This document shows positions 9,966-19,680 of a stretch of 64,000 nucleotides of DNA, one piece after another. The stretch is from an uncultured Verrucomicrobiae bacterium (GTDB taxonomy: Bacteria; Chlamydiota; Chlamydiia; Chlamydiales; Rhabdochlamydiaceae), in contig OY970364.1 of assembly GCA_963718565.1 (NCBI GenBank), positions 1,664,001 to 1,728,000 of the forward strand. Direction: 5' to 3'. The notes under the pieces were generated by a model. The model saw only the letters and a list, made by a program, of their open reading frames with translations. It was not told the DNA's origin and did no database searches. Each line of letters begins with the position of its first letter. The first letter of the stretch is position 1. Both the position numbers and the translations under genes were made by a program.

Positions 9966-10745
9966 TTATATCACTTTAGAAAAAGAAAAAAACGCTTCCG
10001 CATTTTTCACAGTGGCCAATGCGAGTTTTTCAAGTGAAATTCTCTTAGCGTGAGCAATGATCTGCGCTGTTTCTTGAAGATAAGAGGGTTCATTCCTTTT
10101 GCCACGATGACTTTGTGGAGCAAGATAAGGAGAATCTGTTTCGATGAGCAATCGATCCAATGGAACATATTGCGCGACTTCCCTCAATCCTTCCGATTTT
10201 TTAAATGTCACAATGCCGCTAAGAGAGAGATACCATCCGCGATCTAAAACAGCTTTTGCTTCTTCAAGAGTTCCCGTGAAACAATGTAGAACTGCAGGAA
10301 AGCCGTGATATTCTTGATCTGCCATTGAAAAAAGGTCCGTAAAGGCATCTCGGCAATGAAAGATGAGTGGAAGTTTCACCTGTGTTGCGAGCGAAAAGTA
10401 CAACGATAGGTATTTCTGTTGTTCTTCACGGTTGGAATGCTCATAAAAATAATCCAATCCTGTTTCTCCAATCGCAATTAATTTTCCTTCCACAGCACAG
10501 CGCTCGACAAGAGGAAAAAAGGATGCCCCTTCGAGTTCCACATCATGCGGTGTCGTCGCGGCAGCATTAAAGACCCAGGGGTAATTGCCCCGCAGCAACA
10601 GCCCTTCTTTTAAGCTATTTTCATCCGTGCAAATATTGACGATTGTGCAGATCCCTTTTTCTTGTGCGCGACCCAACACGCCCTCGATAAGAGGAAGAAT
10701 CTGTTCCGATGTGAGATGGGCATGCGTGTCAATAAACTGCATCAA
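9966..10745 (-). CDS. tatD: TatD family deoxyribonuclease
   Basis: IDTHAHL, IGETGLDY, HCR, HCFTG, ETDSPYLAP. Confidence 0.95.
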   Translation of the reverse strand: MMQFIDTHAHLTSEQILPLIEGVLGRAQEKGICTIVNICTDENSLKEGLLLRGNYPWVFNAAATTPHDVELEGASFFPLVERCAVEGKLIAIGETGLDYFYEHSNREEQQKYLSLYFSLATQVKLPLIFHCRDAFTDLFSMADQEYHGFPAVLHCFTGTLEEAKAVLDRGWYLSLSGIVTFKKSEGLREVAQYVPLDRLLIETDSPYLAPQSHRGKRNEPSYLQETAQIIAHAKRISLEKLALATVKNAEAFFSFSKVI

Positions 10746-10763
10746 AACCCAGGTTGTAAATAT

Positions 10764-10928
10764 TAGACCTCTTGCATAACCTTATTTACCTGCTAAAATC
10801 GCCCTTTTTCCGGCCTTTTGATCCTCTGCTGCATCGCCTACTTCCTTAAGTATGTCTCGCAGCAGAGGATCAAAAGGCCGGGAAAATCATCGATTTTTTC
10901 AAGTAAAGCAGGTTATGCAAGAGGTCTA
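10764..10928. repeat. Family F palindromic element (RPE-like, 165 bp)
   Basis: Perfect 19-bp terminal IR TAGACCTCTTGCATAACCT and internal 23-bp perfect stem CCGGCCTTTTGATCCTCTGCTGC. Confidence 0.88.
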
Positions 10929-11033
10929 TTTAAGCGGGCTTATACCGTTCAGCATACACTTCACCACAGTTTTTATGCACCCTTCCATTCGCAGAGCTAT
11001 GGCTTTGTTGCATAAATGTTTGAATTTTACCAC

Positions 11034-11052
11034 AGGGAATTGCAAAACTCCT
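11034..11052. repeat. Family A solo end fragment
   Basis: AGGGAATTGCAAAACTCCT. Confidence 0.75.
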
Positions 11053-11102
11053 AGTCACTAAGGGTGATATATTTATGTTGAAATAATGGGGCAAGCTAAA
11101 TT

Positions 11103-11144
11103 TTACTCATTGCATTGAGTGAAATTACTCAGTATATTGAGTAA
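11103..11144. promoter_or_regulatory. Two tandem palindromes TTACTCA-N6-TGAGT(G/A)A, putative operator
   Basis: 22-bp period, ending 19 bp before ATG 11164. Confidence 0.6.
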
Positions 11145-11163
11145 AAAAGATATTAAGAGCCTT

Positions 11164-12360
11164 ATGCAAAAGCGACCCATCTTCTCCGAACTTATCAAGC
11201 GCCTTCAAGAGCCGCGTGGGTTTATTCAAGTTTTACTCGGACCGAGACAGGTAGGAAAAACTACGTTGGCATTGCAGGTCTCAGAAGTCATTAAAAGGCC
11301 TACACACTATATTTCGGCAGATTTAGCCACATTGCAAAATTTGGCATGGATTCAGCAACAGTGGGAAGTCGCAAGGAGTAAAGTTGCCTCATCTGAGGGT
11401 GCATTGTTAATTATCGACGAGGTGCAAAAGATTCCACATTGGTCAGATGCGATTAAGGCGCTTTGGGATTATGACACACGAAATCAAATCAATTTATCGG
11501 TGATGATTCTTGGCTCTTCTCCTTGGTTGATGCAAAAAGGATTGTTCGAAAGCCTAGCGGGCCGTTTTGAGATTATTCCAATCACACATTGGTCGTTTGG
11601 AGAAATGCATGAGCTTTTTGGGTGGACTTTAGATAAATACCTTTATTTTGGAGGATATCCAGGCGCTGCTTTATTAGCTGATGAAGATGATCCCTCGCGT
11701 TGGGGATATTACATCAATGAATCACTGATTGAAACAACGATTTCACGGGATATTCTTTTAATGACTCAGGTTAATAAGCCAGCTTTGCTGCGACGGCTAT
11801 TTCAATTAGGCTGTAACTATTCTGGGCAGATTCTTTCGTATTCTAAAATGTTAGGTGAACTGCAAGAAGCCGGAAACACAACTACTTTGGCCCACTATCT
11901 CGATTTATTGTCAGGCGCAGGATTACTCAGTGGCATACAAAAATTTGCAAAACAGCAAATAAGGCAAAAAGCATCTAGCCCAAAATTTTCTGTACTTAAT
12001 ACAGCCCTAATGTCGGCCCTATCGGGAAAAACTTTTAAACAGGCTCGCGAAGATCATGTTTTTTGGGGAAGACTTGTCGAATCTGCTATAGGAGCTTATC
12101 TTTTGAATGCTACTCGAGGCACACAAATAGAAGTTTTTTATTGGCGAGAAGGGGACAAGGAAGTTGATTTTGTTCTTAGCCGTGGAAATTCCATTACGGC
12201 AATTGAAGTCAAAAGCGGAAAAGAATCCATAAATAATTCAGGAATTGATCTTTTTGTCAGCAAATTCAAGCCAGAGCGTATTTTGTTGATTGGGAATCAG
12301 GGCATATCTATTGAACAATTCTTATTAACCCCTCTTTCAAATTTTATATCCAAGATCTAA
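11164..12360 (+). CDS. AAA_14 ATPase with DUF4143/PD-(D/E)XK-like C-terminus
   Basis: GPRQVGKTT, IIDEVQK, GGYPG, GRLVESAI, YWRE..EVDFV..AIEVKSG. Confidence 0.88.
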   Translation: MQKRPIFSELIKRLQEPRGFIQVLLGPRQVGKTTLALQVSEVIKRPTHYISADLATLQNLAWIQQQWEVARSKVASSEGALLIIDEVQKIPHWSDAIKALWDYDTRNQINLSVMILGSSPWLMQKGLFESLAGRFEIIPITHWSFGEMHELFGWTLDKYLYFGGYPGAALLADEDDPSRWGYYINESLIETTISRDILLMTQVNKPALLRRLFQLGCNYSGQILSYSKMLGELQEAGNTTTLAHYLDLLSGAGLLSGIQKFAKQQIRQKASSPKFSVLNTALMSALSGKTFKQAREDHVFWGRLVESAIGAYLLNATRGTQIEVFYWREGDKEVDFVLSRGNSITAIEVKSGKESINNSGIDLFVSKFKPERILLIGNQGISIEQFLLTPLSNFISKI

Positions 12361-13248
12361 AGGAATCTGATAGGTCAGAGAAACATCGATTTTGACGACT
12401 TCTTCATGAGACAATTTGCGCACATGCGAAAAATCGCAGCGTGAAAAAGCTTTGGGCTTTTTGAGAATATCAATCAAAATATAAGGGGCAACTGTGATAA
12501 ATTCATATCCATGGACAAAATCAGTCCCGTTGAAATCATGAGAAAATTCTTCTTCGATTTGTGCTGTCCAATCCCGCTCCCAATTATGACTCCAGCTCAC
12601 GACCTTTCGAATGAGCTGTTCTTTAGTCCTTACCCAACTATAATGATGAAACATCGGATTGCCATCATTGCCAAGCATTCTCTTCGTCTTATTTCCGGGA
12701 ATCTCATCGTAGATTCCAGACCTTTCCAGCTCCGTCATTAAAAGGGTGCCATCCAAGATCTCTTTTTTCACTAAGAGCGGAGAATTTTCCCAAGTTTTAG
12801 CCTGCAACCGGCTTTCGCGAAAATACCAATAATTGCAAAACCGAATTGCCTCATAATCAGGATATGGAAATATCTTTAGCCACTCGGAAAAGCGCGGAAT
12901 GTCTGCGATCTCATCGCAATCCAGGAAAAAAGCATAACGGATATCACTTTTAAGAAAAAATCTTCCAATCATTCGCGCTAAATTATGCCAATACACTGAA
13001 GAATGGGATCCATATAAACTTTTGTCTGGATCGAAAGGGAACTCAATAAACTGAACATCAGGATGTTCAGCATAAATCCGATCCAGCGTTTCACGGTCTT
13101 CTTTCTTGCCATCAAAAAAATGGTCGCAAACAGGAATAATCACTTGTGCCGAAACGGGTTTTATGGAATCGATGCAATGACGCAAAAAAGGGTAATCGTT
13201 GCTGCAGAAGTTAATGACTGTGCCGAGAGGCGCCAAGCATGAGTTCAT
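12337..13248 (-). CDS. GT-A fold (GT2-like) glycosyltransferase
   Basis: FLDCDEI DxD motif, HHYSW; paralog of upstream gene. Confidence 0.65.
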   Translation of the reverse strand: MNSCLAPLGTVINFCSNDYPFLRHCIDSIKPVSAQVIIPVCDHFFDGKKEDRETLDRIYAEHPDVQFIEFPFDPDKSLYGSHSSVYWHNLARMIGRFFLKSDIRYAFFLDCDEIADIPRFSEWLKIFPYPDYEAIRFCNYWYFRESRLQAKTWENSPLLVKKEILDGTLLMTELERSGIYDEIPGNKTKRMLGNDGNPMFHHYSWVRTKEQLIRKVVSWSHNWERDWTAQIEEEFSHDFNGTDFVHGYEFITVAPYILIDILKKPKAFSRCDFSHVRKLSHEEVVKIDVSLTYQIPLDLGYKI

Positions 13249-14164
13249 ATTCGATCTGTCTTTTAAAAGCTTCTTTTTTGCTCACCATAATGACATTGGG
13301 AAAGCGATGCAAGCCCTTTAAATGCTCTTGATAAGACAGATCCGCGACATGAGGAACAGGCTCGATTAGGGGGTCAAAACTAGGCTCTACTTCGCGATAG
13401 CGATAGCAGCGGATAAAATCTTTACCATTAAAAGGGCGAGAAAATTCTTCCCGAATGAGACGTTTCCAATCCCGTTCCCAATAATGTCCCCATGAAGTAA
13501 ATTTTTTAATCAATTCTTCTTCCGTCCGTACTCCGCTGTAATGGCGAACCATCGGAGCGCCATCGCAACCGTGCACGCCAGGATCTTTTTTACCGGGAAG
13601 AGATTGAAAGACTCCCATCCTTTCGTCTTCATCCCACAAAACATGGGGTTCCATTGCCGTTTTTTTGACAAGTAAACTCAAGTCAGCGCACGTCAGCGCT
13701 TCATATTTGGCTTCGCGGAAATGCCAGAGTCCTGCAAACCGATAGGCAGAATGACCTTTAAAATCTGCTTTTGTGAGCCAATCCTTGAAACGCTCACTAT
13801 CGACAATTTCATCACAGTCTAGAAAAAAAAGAAATTCCGTGTCTGGAAAAGAATAGAAATAACTCAACCAGCGGCCTGTGTTATGCCATTCGTGCCGCCA
13901 ATGGATATGTTCAGGATAAAGAGGAGAAAAAGGGCGATAGCTTTGTTCCGCATCAAAATTAAACTCGAGAAATGCGCAATGGGGAAAAGAGCGAAAAGCT
14001 TCTTCTAGAAGGCCATAGTTTTCCTGGGAACCGTCAAAAAAATGATCACAGACAGTGATGATCACCTGCTCAGAAAAAGTTGAAACAGCATCGATACACT
14101 GTTTTAAAAAACGCCAATCATTTGAGCAAAAACTGATAACTGCACTAATTCTTGGAATTTGCAT
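13211..14164 (-). CDS. GT-A fold (GT2-like) glycosyltransferase
   Basis: ISAVI start, FLDCDEI, RHYSG; shares FCSND and CDHFFDG with neighbour. Confidence 0.65.
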   Translation of the reverse strand: MQIPRISAVISFCSNDWRFLKQCIDAVSTFSEQVIITVCDHFFDGSQENYGLLEEAFRSFPHCAFLEFNFDAEQSYRPFSPLYPEHIHWRHEWHNTGRWLSYFYSFPDTEFLFFLDCDEIVDSERFKDWLTKADFKGHSAYRFAGLWHFREAKYEALTCADLSLLVKKTAMEPHVLWDEDERMGVFQSLPGKKDPGVHGCDGAPMVRHYSGVRTEEELIKKFTSWGHYWERDWKRLIREEFSRPFNGKDFIRCYRYREVEPSFDPLIEPVPHVADLSYQEHLKGLHRFPNVIMVSKKEAFKRQIEYELMLGASRHSH

Positions 14165-14173
14165 TGACTCTGC

Positions 14174-14773
14174 TTATCTCCAGAAGCGATAACGGCGTGA
14201 GGCCTGATAATGTTCAATGACGACCTCCTCAGGATCAATCTCCTGAGCATCGATGTCAAAAACCTTCGCGTAGGCAATAGGAAGAGAGAAAACCCGCACT
14301 TGCTCTCCGCATTCAATCAAATCCACAAGGGAAATTTGATCTAAAAATTGCAAATCTTCTTTGTTGTCGATTCGAAGCTGACAATACTGACACCACTTAT
14401 CGGCAAATTCCAATCCGCGCTGCGTATAATTTAAGAAGAGAGAACCGGAGAAATATTTAAAACGCTTATCGTCTGAAAATCTCTTCATTTCGCGAAAAGC
14501 GAGGTCGCTATGGAACATCGAAGAAAAATCGGGCTTTTTCTTGAAAACAGCATCCGCATCGACCCAAAAAATCGAACGTTTTTTTTCCAAAAGTTTTCTG
14601 CGAATGAAAAAAGGTTTGATCGTACAGTTGCGCTCCCATGATCCTTCGGAAGGAATTCCATCGATCTCAGCTTCAATACCATGCGAATGGCAGGAGGCGA
14701 TCAATGACATCGCTTCGAATTGATAAGGAGAATTTTCTGTATAAAAACTGATGACCAAAGGATCTTGTGACAT
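14174..14773 (-). CDS. Putative nucleotide-diphospho-sugar transferase
   Basis: ISFYT, KPFFI, WVDADA, DQISL, IEHYQASR. Confidence 0.6.
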   Translation of the reverse strand: MSQDPLVISFYTENSPYQFEAMSLIASCHSHGIEAEIDGIPSEGSWERNCTIKPFFIRRKLLEKKRSIFWVDADAVFKKKPDFSSMFHSDLAFREMKRFSDDKRFKYFSGSLFLNYTQRGLEFADKWCQYCQLRIDNKEDLQFLDQISLVDLIECGEQVRVFSLPIAYAKVFDIDAQEIDPEEVVIEHYQASRRYRFWR

Positions 14774-14854
14774 TCTTGACAATTGCTCCTCGTTCAGGTA
14801 TTCTTAAAGAGATTTCGGTCACAATTGACCGAAAAAATTCATCACAGCAGATTC

Positions 14855-15616
14855 ATGAGCATTACTATCCCACTTTCCAACATCGGCGCCTTCGTTACAG
14901 CCTATGCCCAATCTGACCTTCTTGGTAAACTTATTATCTTAGGATTAATTTCTTTGTCCATCCTTTGCTGGATCCTCTTAGTCCAAAAAGTGTGGATCAC
15001 GCGCCAAGTAGGGCAGATTTCCAAAGCCTTCTACAAGGCTTATCAGTTAAATAAAGACCGCCTTTTACATCTCGAACTCGAAGAGCTCCCAAAGCCAAAA
15101 AATAAATTAATTCCCCATCCTTATGCAGAAATTTTTCGTGAACTAAAGACAAAAACCGTTGAAATCCTTAATAAGAACCATTTTTTTTCCTCAAAACATT
15201 CGGGCAAGGAAATCGGACAGGTTTACCTTTCTCCAAGCGATCTCGAAATTGTCGAGACGCATGTTTTAACGACAATTTCCTCTCAGATCAAGATCCTCGA
15301 GAAGAATCTTTTTATTCTCTCGACAATTATTACACTTGCTCCTTTTCTTGGACTTCTGGGAACTGTTTGGGGGATTTTGATCACTTTCTCTGAATTGCAC
15401 TCTGGGGGAACAGCTGGATCGAACAGCGCAGTTCTCGGCGGTTTATCGACCGCCCTCTCGACAACAGTTCTCGGATTGATCATTGCTATTCCTGCATTGA
15501 TCTCCTATAATTATCTTAAAAACGCGGTCAAGAATTATGCTTCGGATATGGAAGAGTTTCTCTATCAACTTCTTTCTTCCGTAGAGCTGCAATATCGCAA
15601 AGCAGATATCACATAA
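14855..15616 (+). CDS. tolQ: TolQ/ExbB/MotA family proton channel
   Basis: APFLGLLGTVWGI, GLSTALSTTVLGLIIAIPA. Confidence 0.92.
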   Translation: MSITIPLSNIGAFVTAYAQSDLLGKLIILGLISLSILCWILLVQKVWITRQVGQISKAFYKAYQLNKDRLLHLELEELPKPKNKLIPHPYAEIFRELKTKTVEILNKNHFFSSKHSGKEIGQVYLSPSDLEIVETHVLTTISSQIKILEKNLFILSTIITLAPFLGLLGTVWGILITFSELHSGGTAGSNSAVLGGLSTALSTTVLGLIIAIPALISYNYLKNAVKNYASDMEEFLYQLLSSVELQYRKADIT

Positions 15617-15632
15617 GGTTATAAAGGCAACT

Positions 15633-16061
15633 ATGCGTAAGTTGCGCCTACCAGGCCTCAAAGAAGGATCATCCGAGGAAACTCATATCAATCTGACGCC
15701 TCTTATCGACGTTGTCTTCGTCGTTTTAATCATGTTTATCATCATCGCGCCTATGCTCGAGCTCGACCGCATTCAACTAGCCTCGGCAGCACAGCGCGAT
15801 AGCAAAGAGATAGCTGTCGTCCAAGAAAATAGCCCTGTAGCAATCCACGTCCACGAAGACAATTCGATTTGGATCAACAATCGAGTGGTGACAGAAAAGG
15901 AGTTGATTCACATTTTAAAACAAGCAAAACACGCTTATCCACAAAAGATTCCGCAACTCTTTCACGATAAAAAAGCTCAATTTGGCACGTACCAAACGGT
16001 GAAAAACGCCGTAGAAATCGCAGGGTTCGAACAGCTCGACGTCATCCTCCAACCAGGGTGA
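15633..16061 (+). CDS. tolR: TolR/ExbD family protein
   Basis: INLTPLIDVVFVVLIMF. Confidence 0.92.
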   Translation: MRKLRLPGLKEGSSEETHINLTPLIDVVFVVLIMFIIIAPMLELDRIQLASAAQRDSKEIAVVQENSPVAIHVHEDNSIWINNRVVTEKELIHILKQAKHAYPQKIPQLFHDKKAQFGTYQTVKNAVEIAGFEQLDVILQPG

Positions 16062-16065
16062 GTTT

Positions 16066-16914
16066 ATGAACTATTTTCGTTCCAATCCGTTGCTCCATGC
16101 ATTTTTGTGCACCATCGTCGTTCTCCATGTTCTGTTTCTCCTTATTCTTTTTATTTCTCCGACTTTCGTCTTCCAAAAAAAACAACATAAACCTTTGATC
16201 GTTAAAACAATTGTTTCCAGGCCTTTAGCAAAAACGGCAGCCTTCGACAAAAAAAGTCCTCGCCAAAATAGCACAGCCGCATCTTCTTCTTCCCCCAAGC
16301 CTGCGCAATCCCCATCCCCATCTAAACAACAGCAATTGCCAAAAGCACAAGCGCAGCCAAAAAAAGAGCCCGTTCCACAACCTGCAATACAAAAGCCCAT
16401 CCTTTCGGCAAAAAAAGAGCCAGCCATCGCAGACAAACAACTCAGCAAAACCAAACAGTCCGCCGCAAAAAAAAGTCCTCCTCCTCAAAATCGGGCAAAA
16501 ATTTCCGATTCCCTTGTGAAAGAACTCGAAGAAAGCATTGCTAAAATTGAGAATAAAAGCGATAAAGGGGGAAGCAAAAAAGCAGCTCTTGGCTCCAAAG
16601 CTCTTGGCCCTATCGTCTTGCAAATCGATGCCCCCTCTTATGAACTGGGAGCGGAAGGAGCAAGCGACTATACAGATGTTTTAATTTGCCATCTTCACCA
16701 GTGTTTAAGTCTTCCCGACTACGGAGAAGTTAAAATTCAATTGAGCTTGCGTCAAGACGGCACAGTCTGTAAAGTAATTGTCCTTAAAGCTCAAAGTGAG
16801 AAAAATAAGCAGTATTTGGAAAGTCACCTGCAACGATTAAAGTTTCCACGTTTTGAGGGTGCTTATGCGAACAAAAAAGAATATACTTTCATTGTGACTT
16901 TTTGCAATGAATGA
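16066..16914 (+). CDS. TolA/TonB-like energy transducer
   Basis: N-terminal TM with His, Pro/Lys/Gln-rich linker, compact C-domain; lies between tolR and tolB. Confidence 0.7.
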   Translation: MNYFRSNPLLHAFLCTIVVLHVLFLLILFISPTFVFQKKQHKPLIVKTIVSRPLAKTAAFDKKSPRQNSTAASSSSPKPAQSPSPSKQQQLPKAQAQPKKEPVPQPAIQKPILSAKKEPAIADKQLSKTKQSAAKKSPPPQNRAKISDSLVKELEESIAKIENKSDKGGSKKAALGSKALGPIVLQIDAPSYELGAEGASDYTDVLICHLHQCLSLPDYGEVKIQLSLRQDGTVCKVIVLKAQSEKNKQYLESHLQRLKFPRFEGAYANKKEYTFIVTFCNE

Positions 16915-16923
16915 GGTATTGCT

Positions 16924-18291
16924 ATGAATTGGATTTTATTACTCTTCATCTGCGCGTTTCCTGTGCTTACTTTTACTGCTGAAACGGATCCAAGCCAAGA
17001 AATTCGCGTCCAACTCCCTACTTCCAGTCCGCTGCTACCCATTTATATGGGAAAAATCCAGGCGCAAAATACTCCATTCGATTCCTCCTACCTTAACCAA
17101 CTCGAATCCATTTTGGCCTACGACCTCAATTACAATGGTTCCACAAAAATCTCTCCGAAAAGTCCAGAAAAGGAACAACTTCTGTTTTCTAAAGACAATG
17201 CAATTGCCTTTAGCTTATCTGTCTGGAAAAACTTTGGGATCTCCTATGCTATTCGCTGTCAAGTTACAGACCGCATCTTGTCGCTTGCAGTTTTCAATTC
17301 TCAAAGTGGATCGCTTAAAACTTTCCCGACTGTTACTCTATCGGGCGACTTAAGCCAGGATAGGCGTCTCATTCACAAGCTCGCTGATGGGATACATAAA
17401 GTTTTGTTCGACACCGAGGGGGTTGCAAATACTCGAGTCCTATTCTCTTATCAAACAAAAAATCCTCGTTCTGATGGGTCTGAATGGATCTCGGAAATTT
17501 GGGAGTGTGATTGGGATGGGGCAAACGTTAGGCAAGTCACACATGATGGAAGCTACAGCGTGACCCCAGTGATTGTTCCTCATAACAGCCGCTATAACAA
17601 TGACCATTTCCTTTATGTTTCTTACAAAATAGGACAGCCAAAAATTTATCTCGGCTCTTTAAAAGGAGGCGAAGGTAAAAGGTTGATTGATTTGCGCGGC
17701 AATCAACTTCTGCCGACGATCTCTCCCAAGCGCGACAAAATCGCTTTCATATGCGATGCGGGTGGCCGCACCGATCTTTTCATGCAACCCTTCAATCCAG
17801 AAAGTGGAGAGGTTGGCAAACCTGTACAACTTTTTTCTTACCCTCGCTCCACTCAAGCATCCCCGACATTTAGCCCAGATGGTTCAAAGATTGCATTTGT
17901 CTCAGACAAAGATGGAGGAATGCGGATATATGTCATCCCTGCTGTCGCAAGTGATAAGCGCGCCAATGCCGTGATGATCAGCAAACAAAATCGGGAGAAT
18001 TCCTGCCCTTGTTGGTCCCCTGATGGAACAAAATTAGCTTATAGTGCTAAAACAAATGGAATACGGCAGATATGGATATATGACTTCGGGTCAGGGGAGG
18101 AATGGCAATTGACCTCCGGCCCTGGCAATAAGGAAAATCCTTATTGGGCTCCGAACAACAAACATATGGTCTTCAATTCAACAGATGCTTCAGGTTCAGA
18201 GCTTTATATTGTTAACTTAAATCAACCTGAGGCGACAAAAATCAGCAGAGGCCCTGGAAAAAAACATTATCCGACATGGGGCGCTCGCTAA
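16924..18291 (+). CDS. tolB: Tol-Pal beta-propeller protein TolB
   Basis: Signal peptide; PD40 repeats PTFSPDGSKIAF, PCWSPDGTKLAY. Confidence 0.93.
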   Translation: MNWILLLFICAFPVLTFTAETDPSQEIRVQLPTSSPLLPIYMGKIQAQNTPFDSSYLNQLESILAYDLNYNGSTKISPKSPEKEQLLFSKDNAIAFSLSVWKNFGISYAIRCQVTDRILSLAVFNSQSGSLKTFPTVTLSGDLSQDRRLIHKLADGIHKVLFDTEGVANTRVLFSYQTKNPRSDGSEWISEIWECDWDGANVRQVTHDGSYSVTPVIVPHNSRYNNDHFLYVSYKIGQPKIYLGSLKGGEGKRLIDLRGNQLLPTISPKRDKIAFICDAGGRTDLFMQPFNPESGEVGKPVQLFSYPRSTQASPTFSPDGSKIAFVSDKDGGMRIYVIPAVASDKRANAVMISKQNRENSCPCWSPDGTKLAYSAKTNGIRQIWIYDFGSGEEWQLTSGPGNKENPYWAPNNKHMVFNSTDASGSELYIVNLNQPEATKISRGPGKKHYPTWGAR

Positions 18292-18343
18292 CAACCTGAA
18301 TATTCATGTTGTTTCGGTACAACATTATTTTATGGAGAAAACA

Positions 18344-19012
18344 ATGAAACATACTCGAATCCTCGTCGCTCTAATCTGTGCAACAGCATGCAGCCTTGTC
18401 ACAGGATGCAAAAAAAATAATGGCGGAGGCGTCTGGGACGATAATTCAACTGCCGGAAACTACAAAGGCAGCGCGCATTCCTTATGGGGCGAAGACAATT
18501 CCGGAGATGACTTCTTCGGTCCGAGCAACGAAGATTTTGTCAGCCTTAAAGATGAAGATTTGCGTTCTCAATTTGCGGATGGCGCCATCCCTCAGCCTAA
18601 GACTTCTCCCGGAGAACCTGGAAGCAGTATCCCTGGCCTCGACAGTTTCCGCACTCCAACGGGTGCCGAAGCTGCGATTTTCAAGAATGTTTACTTCAGT
18701 ACCGATGACCATATTTTACGCGGTAAAGATTACATCAATATCGTCGATCGCATCGCAACTCATTTGAAATCCCACGAAAATGTGTACCTTTTCGTCTCAG
18801 GACATTGCGATGAACGTGGACCTGAAGCTTACAATCTCTCTTTGGGAGCAAGACGCGCGAATTATATTCGCTCTCTTCTCGTTCAAAAAGGAGTCGATCC
18901 TGAAAGGATCCACACTGTATCCTATGGGAAAGAACGGCCTATAGATCTTGGGCATCATCAAGAAGCATGGTCGAAAAACCGTCGCGGTGAATTCCGCATT
19001 TATCAAAAATAA
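18344..19012 (+). CDS. pal: Peptidoglycan-associated lipoprotein (OmpA domain)
   Basis: Lipobox LVTGC; GHCDERG, YNLSLGARRA, SYGKERP, KNRR. Confidence 0.95.
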   Translation: MKHTRILVALICATACSLVTGCKKNNGGGVWDDNSTAGNYKGSAHSLWGEDNSGDDFFGPSNEDFVSLKDEDLRSQFADGAIPQPKTSPGEPGSSIPGLDSFRTPTGAEAAIFKNVYFSTDDHILRGKDYINIVDRIATHLKSHENVYLFVSGHCDERGPEAYNLSLGARRANYIRSLLVQKGVDPERIHTVSYGKERPIDLGHHQEAWSKNRRGEFRIYQK

Positions 19013-19032
19013 CCTGAGTTTTGGACTGGCCA

Positions 19033-19680
19033 ATGCAACGAATCCTCTTTCTCTTTGCCCTCCTTTTTTGCGCACTTTCGCTTGATGCAAAACCTCAGTC
19101 GGCATTTTATACAAATCCCGAGCTAGATGAGCTCCGCATCGAGCTCGACGATCTCAAACACGCGCTTAAAACCGTCCAAATTGACTTTGGACTTCTCGAT
19201 GAGCGTTTAAAAAAACAGGACAACTCCTTGAGTCAAGTCAAAGGCCAAGCCCAAGGAAAAGATGCGAGCTCATTGAGTCTGCTCACGGCACAAATCAGCG
19301 CTTTAGAAAAAAAAGTTTCTGGACTAGAAAAGACTTTAGAAAAAGCCGCAAATGATTTAAGGACTTTGAGCACTGCATCGACTCAGGTCCTAAACAAAAT
19401 TCAAGAAGTGGAACAACATCTTTTGTCTCACGAAAACCGCCTTGATGAGGTCGCTAAACTCAAAGGCACGCTGACGAGAATTTCTAAGGCAATCCACCAA
19501 CGGCCTTCAAACGAAGCGTCATCTTCAACAAAAACCTATCGCGTCAAGGCGGGGGATACTTTAGAAAAGATTGCGCGCATCCATTCCACTTCTGTCGAAG
19601 TCATCCAAAAACTCAATCACCTTACCCATGATAAAATTGTGACCGGACAAGAACTAAGGCTCCCCGATGACTCCACTTGA
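19033..19680 (+). CDS. Secreted coiled-coil plus LysM protein
   Basis: Signal peptide, long coiled coil, YRVKAGDTLEKIA LysM. Confidence 0.88.
   Translation: MQRILFLFALLFCALSLDAKPQSAFYTNPELDELRIELDDLKHALKTVQIDFGLLDERLKKQDNSLSQVKGQAQGKDASSLSLLTAQISALEKKVSGLEKTLEKAANDLRTLSTASTQVLNKIQEVEQHLLSHENRLDEVAKLKGTLTRISKAIHQRPSNEASSSTKTYRVKAGDTLEKIARIHSTSVEVIQKLNHLTHDKIVTGQELRLPDDST

Noticed and set aside
9768..10037. Short ORFs sharing RELQNSS/GNCKTP peptides (also 5232-5496, 20214-20570, 57194-57412, 61788-62115) as a gene family
   Set aside because: They are open frames of the family A MITE, not independent genes
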